Below are positions 60,626-64,000 of a stretch of 64,000 nucleotides of DNA, piece by piece. This DNA comes from a bacterium (lineage in GTDB: Bacteria; Zhuqueibacterota; Zhuqueibacteria; Residuimicrobiales; Krinioviventaceae). Below the pieces are notes generated by a model. That model saw only the letters and a program-made list of their open reading frames with translations. It had not been told where the DNA came from and did no database searches. The DNA lies in the NCBI GenBank assembly GCA_963674595.2, contig CAXXFV010000023.1:512001-576000 (forward strand). The letters run 5' to 3'. A program made the position numbers and the translations under genes. Within the stretch, counting starts at the first letter, position 1; every line of letters starts with the position of its first letter.

Positions 60626-62149
60626 ATGAACTGCAAAAATTATTCTCATTCCGACCTGTGCCGAATACTCGAAGACAAACAATTAGAAATTTCAAACCTG
60701 ACATCTGAACTAGACAATCAGAAAAAATATATCCAGGCTATTTTACAGGAAAGGGAGGGATGGCATAAGGTATTTCAGAACATTGCAATACCGACTATGA
60801 TTTTGGATACTGATTATGTGATTCGACATGTAAATGATGCCACCCTGGAAGCTTTTAAATGCGACAGGAATGATTTTATAGGCAAAAAATGTTATAAGAT
60901 TTTTCATAATGGCTCAACAGCGGAAAATTGTCCTTTACAGGAATCTGTAGAAAAACAAAATAGTGTTTTTCATGAAATATTTATAAGTGCGCTTGATGGT
61001 GAATTTTTAGTTGCTTGTCGACCTATACCCGGTGACAATGGCAAGATTGAACAGATATTACATATTGCAACAGATATTTCAACAAATAAAAAAATTCAAC
61101 AAAAACTTTACGAGAGTGAACATAAATTTCGGAGTTTTTTTAATACGGTCAACGATGTGCTCCTGGTGCACTATATTGATAAAAAGGGTGTTTTTTCGAA
61201 TTTTATTGAAGCCAATGAAAACGCCTGCTCAGTATTGGGATATACGAAGAAAGAACTATTAAAACTATGTCCTAAAGACATTGTTGATTCTTCTTCTAAT
61301 AGTTTGGCTAATCCAGGGGATTTCAAGGATTTACTTGTTGAAGATGGAAAGGCTGTTTTTGAACGGACTTTTGTAACAAAAGAGGGACAAAGGATTCCTG
61401 TTGAAATTAGTTCACATCGATTTTCTATGGATGGCAAAGCTGTTATTCTGTCAGTCGCACGTAATATTAAAGAGCGAAAGATCACAGAGAAAAAACTTTA
61501 TGATCAGGTTAAAGAAAAAGAGGTCCTTTTAAAAGAAATTCATCATCGTGTTAAAAATAATTTGCAAATAATCAGCAGTCTGCTGGGTTTACAATCCCAA
61601 TATATTAATGATAAAAATATGTTGTCTGTTTTTAAGGAAAGTCAGGCCCGTATACGATCTATGGCGCTTGTTCATGAAAATTTATACCAATCACAAGACC
61701 TTGCTCATATAAATTTGGGGAAATATATAATAAAGTTAGTAAGTGATCTTTATCATACCTATAATATAAATTACCGGGTGATAAATATTAAAACAGATTT
61801 GCAGGATATATTTTTAAATATTGAATACGCTATCCCTTGCGGGCTTATTATAAATGAATTGGTCTCAAATTCTTTAAAATATGCTTTTCCTGACACGTTT
61901 CAAGGTGACTGTTATATAAGTATTATTTTAAAAGAAATTGATGATAAAATTGAAATTGTTGTTCAGGACAACGGGGTTGGATTTCCACAAAATATTGATC
62001 TGCATAATACACCGTCATTGGGATTACATTTGGTAAGTATTTTAGCTGAAGAACAGTTGGACGGACGCGTTGTATTGGAAAAAGGCACGGGAACAAAATT
62101 TACAATTGATTTTCAATGCTGTCATGAAACGGGGCAAGATGAAAAGTGA
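60626..62149 (+). CDS. Soluble two-PAS sensor histidine kinase, HisKA_2 family
   Basis: EIHHRVKNNLQIISSLL H-box, NELVSNSLKYAF N-box, DNGVG, LGL; two PAS domains. Confidence 0.93.
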   Translation: MNCKNYSHSDLCRILEDKQLEISNLTSELDNQKKYIQAILQEREGWHKVFQNIAIPTMILDTDYVIRHVNDATLEAFKCDRNDFIGKKCYKIFHNGSTAENCPLQESVEKQNSVFHEIFISALDGEFLVACRPIPGDNGKIEQILHIATDISTNKKIQQKLYESEHKFRSFFNTVNDVLLVHYIDKKGVFSNFIEANENACSVLGYTKKELLKLCPKDIVDSSSNSLANPGDFKDLLVEDGKAVFERTFVTKEGQRIPVEISSHRFSMDGKAVILSVARNIKERKITEKKLYDQVKEKEVLLKEIHHRVKNNLQIISSLLGLQSQYINDKNMLSVFKESQARIRSMALVHENLYQSQDLAHINLGKYIIKLVSDLYHTYNINYRVINIKTDLQDIFLNIEYAIPCGLIINELVSNSLKYAFPDTFQGDCYISIILKEIDDKIEIVVQDNGVGFPQNIDLHNTPSLGLHLVSILAEEQLDGRVVLEKGTGTKFTIDFQCCHETGQDEK

Positions 62150-63098
62150 GTTGCTTGTGGTGTTACAGGAATTGAACGAAGAAATACTGATTGTCAATCA
62201 AAAAGTTGCCTCAAGAAATCGTTTAAGGACAAAAATTAATCGAATCCTGGGACACATTAACCAGGAAAAGAAAAGACTAGACGGTCTCAAGATCAAAATG
62301 CAAAAAGAATTTGCGGATGTTGAAAAGCTTGAATCGATAAATTTAAGCTCTTTGATTTTGAAGATAAAAGGATCCATCAAGGAACAATATAACAAGGAAC
62401 AGCAGGAATATTATGCTGTTCGTCTTCAATATAATCAATGCAAACATTCGATTGAAAAGCTTGAAAACGATGTTATTGAATTACGTGATAAACTTGCTGT
62501 TTATTCAACTGTTGATGATGAATACAAAGCATTATTATTAAAAAAGGATAAATTATTAAAACAACACCATGATGTTAAAGTTGAAAAATTTTCAGCGGAA
62601 TTGACGGCAATTCAAACTGAAAAGACAGAAATTAGCGAAGCGATAAGCGCAGGGGATTCCTTGCTGGAAGAAATGAACAAGCTGGTTAAAATTTTGAATA
62701 AAGCAAGAGGGTGGGGAGTATTTGACTTGTTTGGCGGAGGATTGATAGCCACTGCTGTTAAACATTCAAAAATAAATCAGGCACAGGAAATTATTCACCA
62801 CGTTCAATATCTTTTAAATAAATTTCAGGATGAATTAAAAGATATTAACTTGTCATCTGATACTTTGGAAAAGATTGAGCTGGGTTCTTTTTCTCAGTTT
62901 GCGGATTATTTTTTTGACGGATTGATTGTCGATTGGATCGTACAGGCAAAAATAAAAAAGTCTTATGATAGTTCGAAACAACTTTTGTTCCGTGTAAATC
63001 TTTTGGTCAAGGGATTAAGAAAAAGATATGAACTGCTGGAAAAAGACAGGAATGTATTACGGGGAAAATATAAACAATATGTTGAATCTGTTTCCTGA
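62139..63098 (+). CDS. Coiled-coil hypothetical protein
   Basis: Long heptad helices; WGVFDLFGGG and FADYFFDG motifs; overlaps the kinase stop. Confidence 0.7.
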   Translation: MKSELLVVLQELNEEILIVNQKVASRNRLRTKINRILGHINQEKKRLDGLKIKMQKEFADVEKLESINLSSLILKIKGSIKEQYNKEQQEYYAVRLQYNQCKHSIEKLENDVIELRDKLAVYSTVDDEYKALLLKKDKLLKQHHDVKVEKFSAELTAIQTEKTEISEAISAGDSLLEEMNKLVKILNKARGWGVFDLFGGGLIATAVKHSKINQAQEIIHHVQYLLNKFQDELKDINLSSDTLEKIELGSFSQFADYFFDGLIVDWIVQAKIKKSYDSSKQLLFRVNLLVKGLRKRYELLEKDRNVLRGKYKQYVESVS

Positions 63099-63193
63099 TC
63101 TTTTTCTTTTACCTGCCTACAAACTGCTTGCAATTCAATAATATTTTTAGTATGATTTTTATTCGCTGCTGGAATTTATTAATAAAGGAACTT

Positions 63194-63967
63194 ATGAAGT
63201 TTGCCAAAAATATACTCTATCGTCTCAATCTGCTTGAGCCGATTCGTGTTTTGTTAAATCGTTATAGCGGATTAAATCCGTTATCTTTGCAAAATAGCCG
63301 AAATATGAAACAGTTTTATCAGCAGTTTGTAGAGCCGGATGAAATGTGTTTTGATGTCGGGGCAAATTATGGTAACCGCAGCCGTATATTTCTTAGGCTT
63401 GGGGCCAGGGTTGTCGCTGTTGAACCTCAGCAGAGTTGTGTGAAATTTTTGGAAAAAGAATTTTCGAAAAATAAAAATTTTGTTCTTGAAAAAGTGGGAC
63501 TTTCATCTCAGGAAGGCGTAGCGGAATTATCAGTTTGTCCGGATACGCCGGAAATTTCAACATTGTCTGAAAAATGGAAAAGCGACAGTCGCCATGCGTC
63601 CGGAAATGTGTGGCAGGAAAAACAACAAATTCAGCTTACCACGCTTGATAAACTGATTCAAAAACATGGTATGCCCGGATTTTGCAAAATCGATGTTGAA
63701 GGTTATGAAATTGAGGTTTTAAAGGGTCTCACTCAGCCGATTCCGGTTGTTAGTTTTGAATTTACCAAAGAGTTTTTAAACGATGCTCAAGAGTGTATGA
63801 ATTTGTTAACGGCGATACATGACTATGAGTTTAATTACTCCACAGGAGAAAATCATCAATTAACTTCTAAAGAATGGTTGAGTAAAGATGACCTGTTTAA
63901 AGTGTTGAACAACAATTCGGATTCTGAATTGTGGGGCGATATTTATGCACGACGAAAAAACGGATAA
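63194..63967 (+). CDS. FkbM family methyltransferase
   Basis: FDVGANYG, VAVEP, KIDVEGYE; AAGGA RBS before 63194. Confidence 0.92.
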   Translation: MKFAKNILYRLNLLEPIRVLLNRYSGLNPLSLQNSRNMKQFYQQFVEPDEMCFDVGANYGNRSRIFLRLGARVVAVEPQQSCVKFLEKEFSKNKNFVLEKVGLSSQEGVAELSVCPDTPEISTLSEKWKSDSRHASGNVWQEKQQIQLTTLDKLIQKHGMPGFCKIDVEGYEIEVLKGLTQPIPVVSFEFTKEFLNDAQECMNLLTAIHDYEFNYSTGENHQLTSKEWLSKDDLFKVLNNNSDSELWGDIYARRKNG

Positions 63968-64000
63968 TAAAGAATGAAATATGATTTTTATAACAAGGAC

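Noticed and set aside
63974-64000. Start of the next gene (MKYDFYNKD)
   Set aside because: Only nine codons are visible at the window edge, so it cannot be supported.

Overview
AT-rich bacterial accessory region. The taxonomy is inferred as FCB superphylum, probably KSB1/Calditrichota-like rather than Bacteroidota. Support: a T9SS-type C-terminal sorting domain, a TonB receptor with a carboxypeptidase-regulatory N-domain, many lipoproteins, plus canonical Shine-Dalgarno sites and sigma70 -35/-10 promoters. I saw no rRNA, tRNA, CRISPR array, integrase or transposase. After a + strand envelope/TonB operon (1-5871), most genes from 5.9 to 59.4 kb are unrelated minus-strand singletons: resistance-like, methyl/acetyltransferases, transporters and CAZymes. 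Exceptions are rsgA-GNAT, a five-gene glycolipid operon and yegP. Best leads: (1) an AT-rich island with an ECF-like sigma factor, a small HTH-less protein and an IrrE/ImmA metallopeptidase, divergent from yegP, a candidate protease-released sigma switch; (2) a family of near-identical minus-strand promoters, part of a ~150-bp dispersed module that directly flanks a GH43-like gene; (3) a PAP2/GT4/PHP/GT4/flippase operon behind an 11-bp-periodic Pho-box-like promoter; (4) a group II intron 3'-end remnant abutting a cat gene. All product calls come from motif recognition only; no database searches were run.
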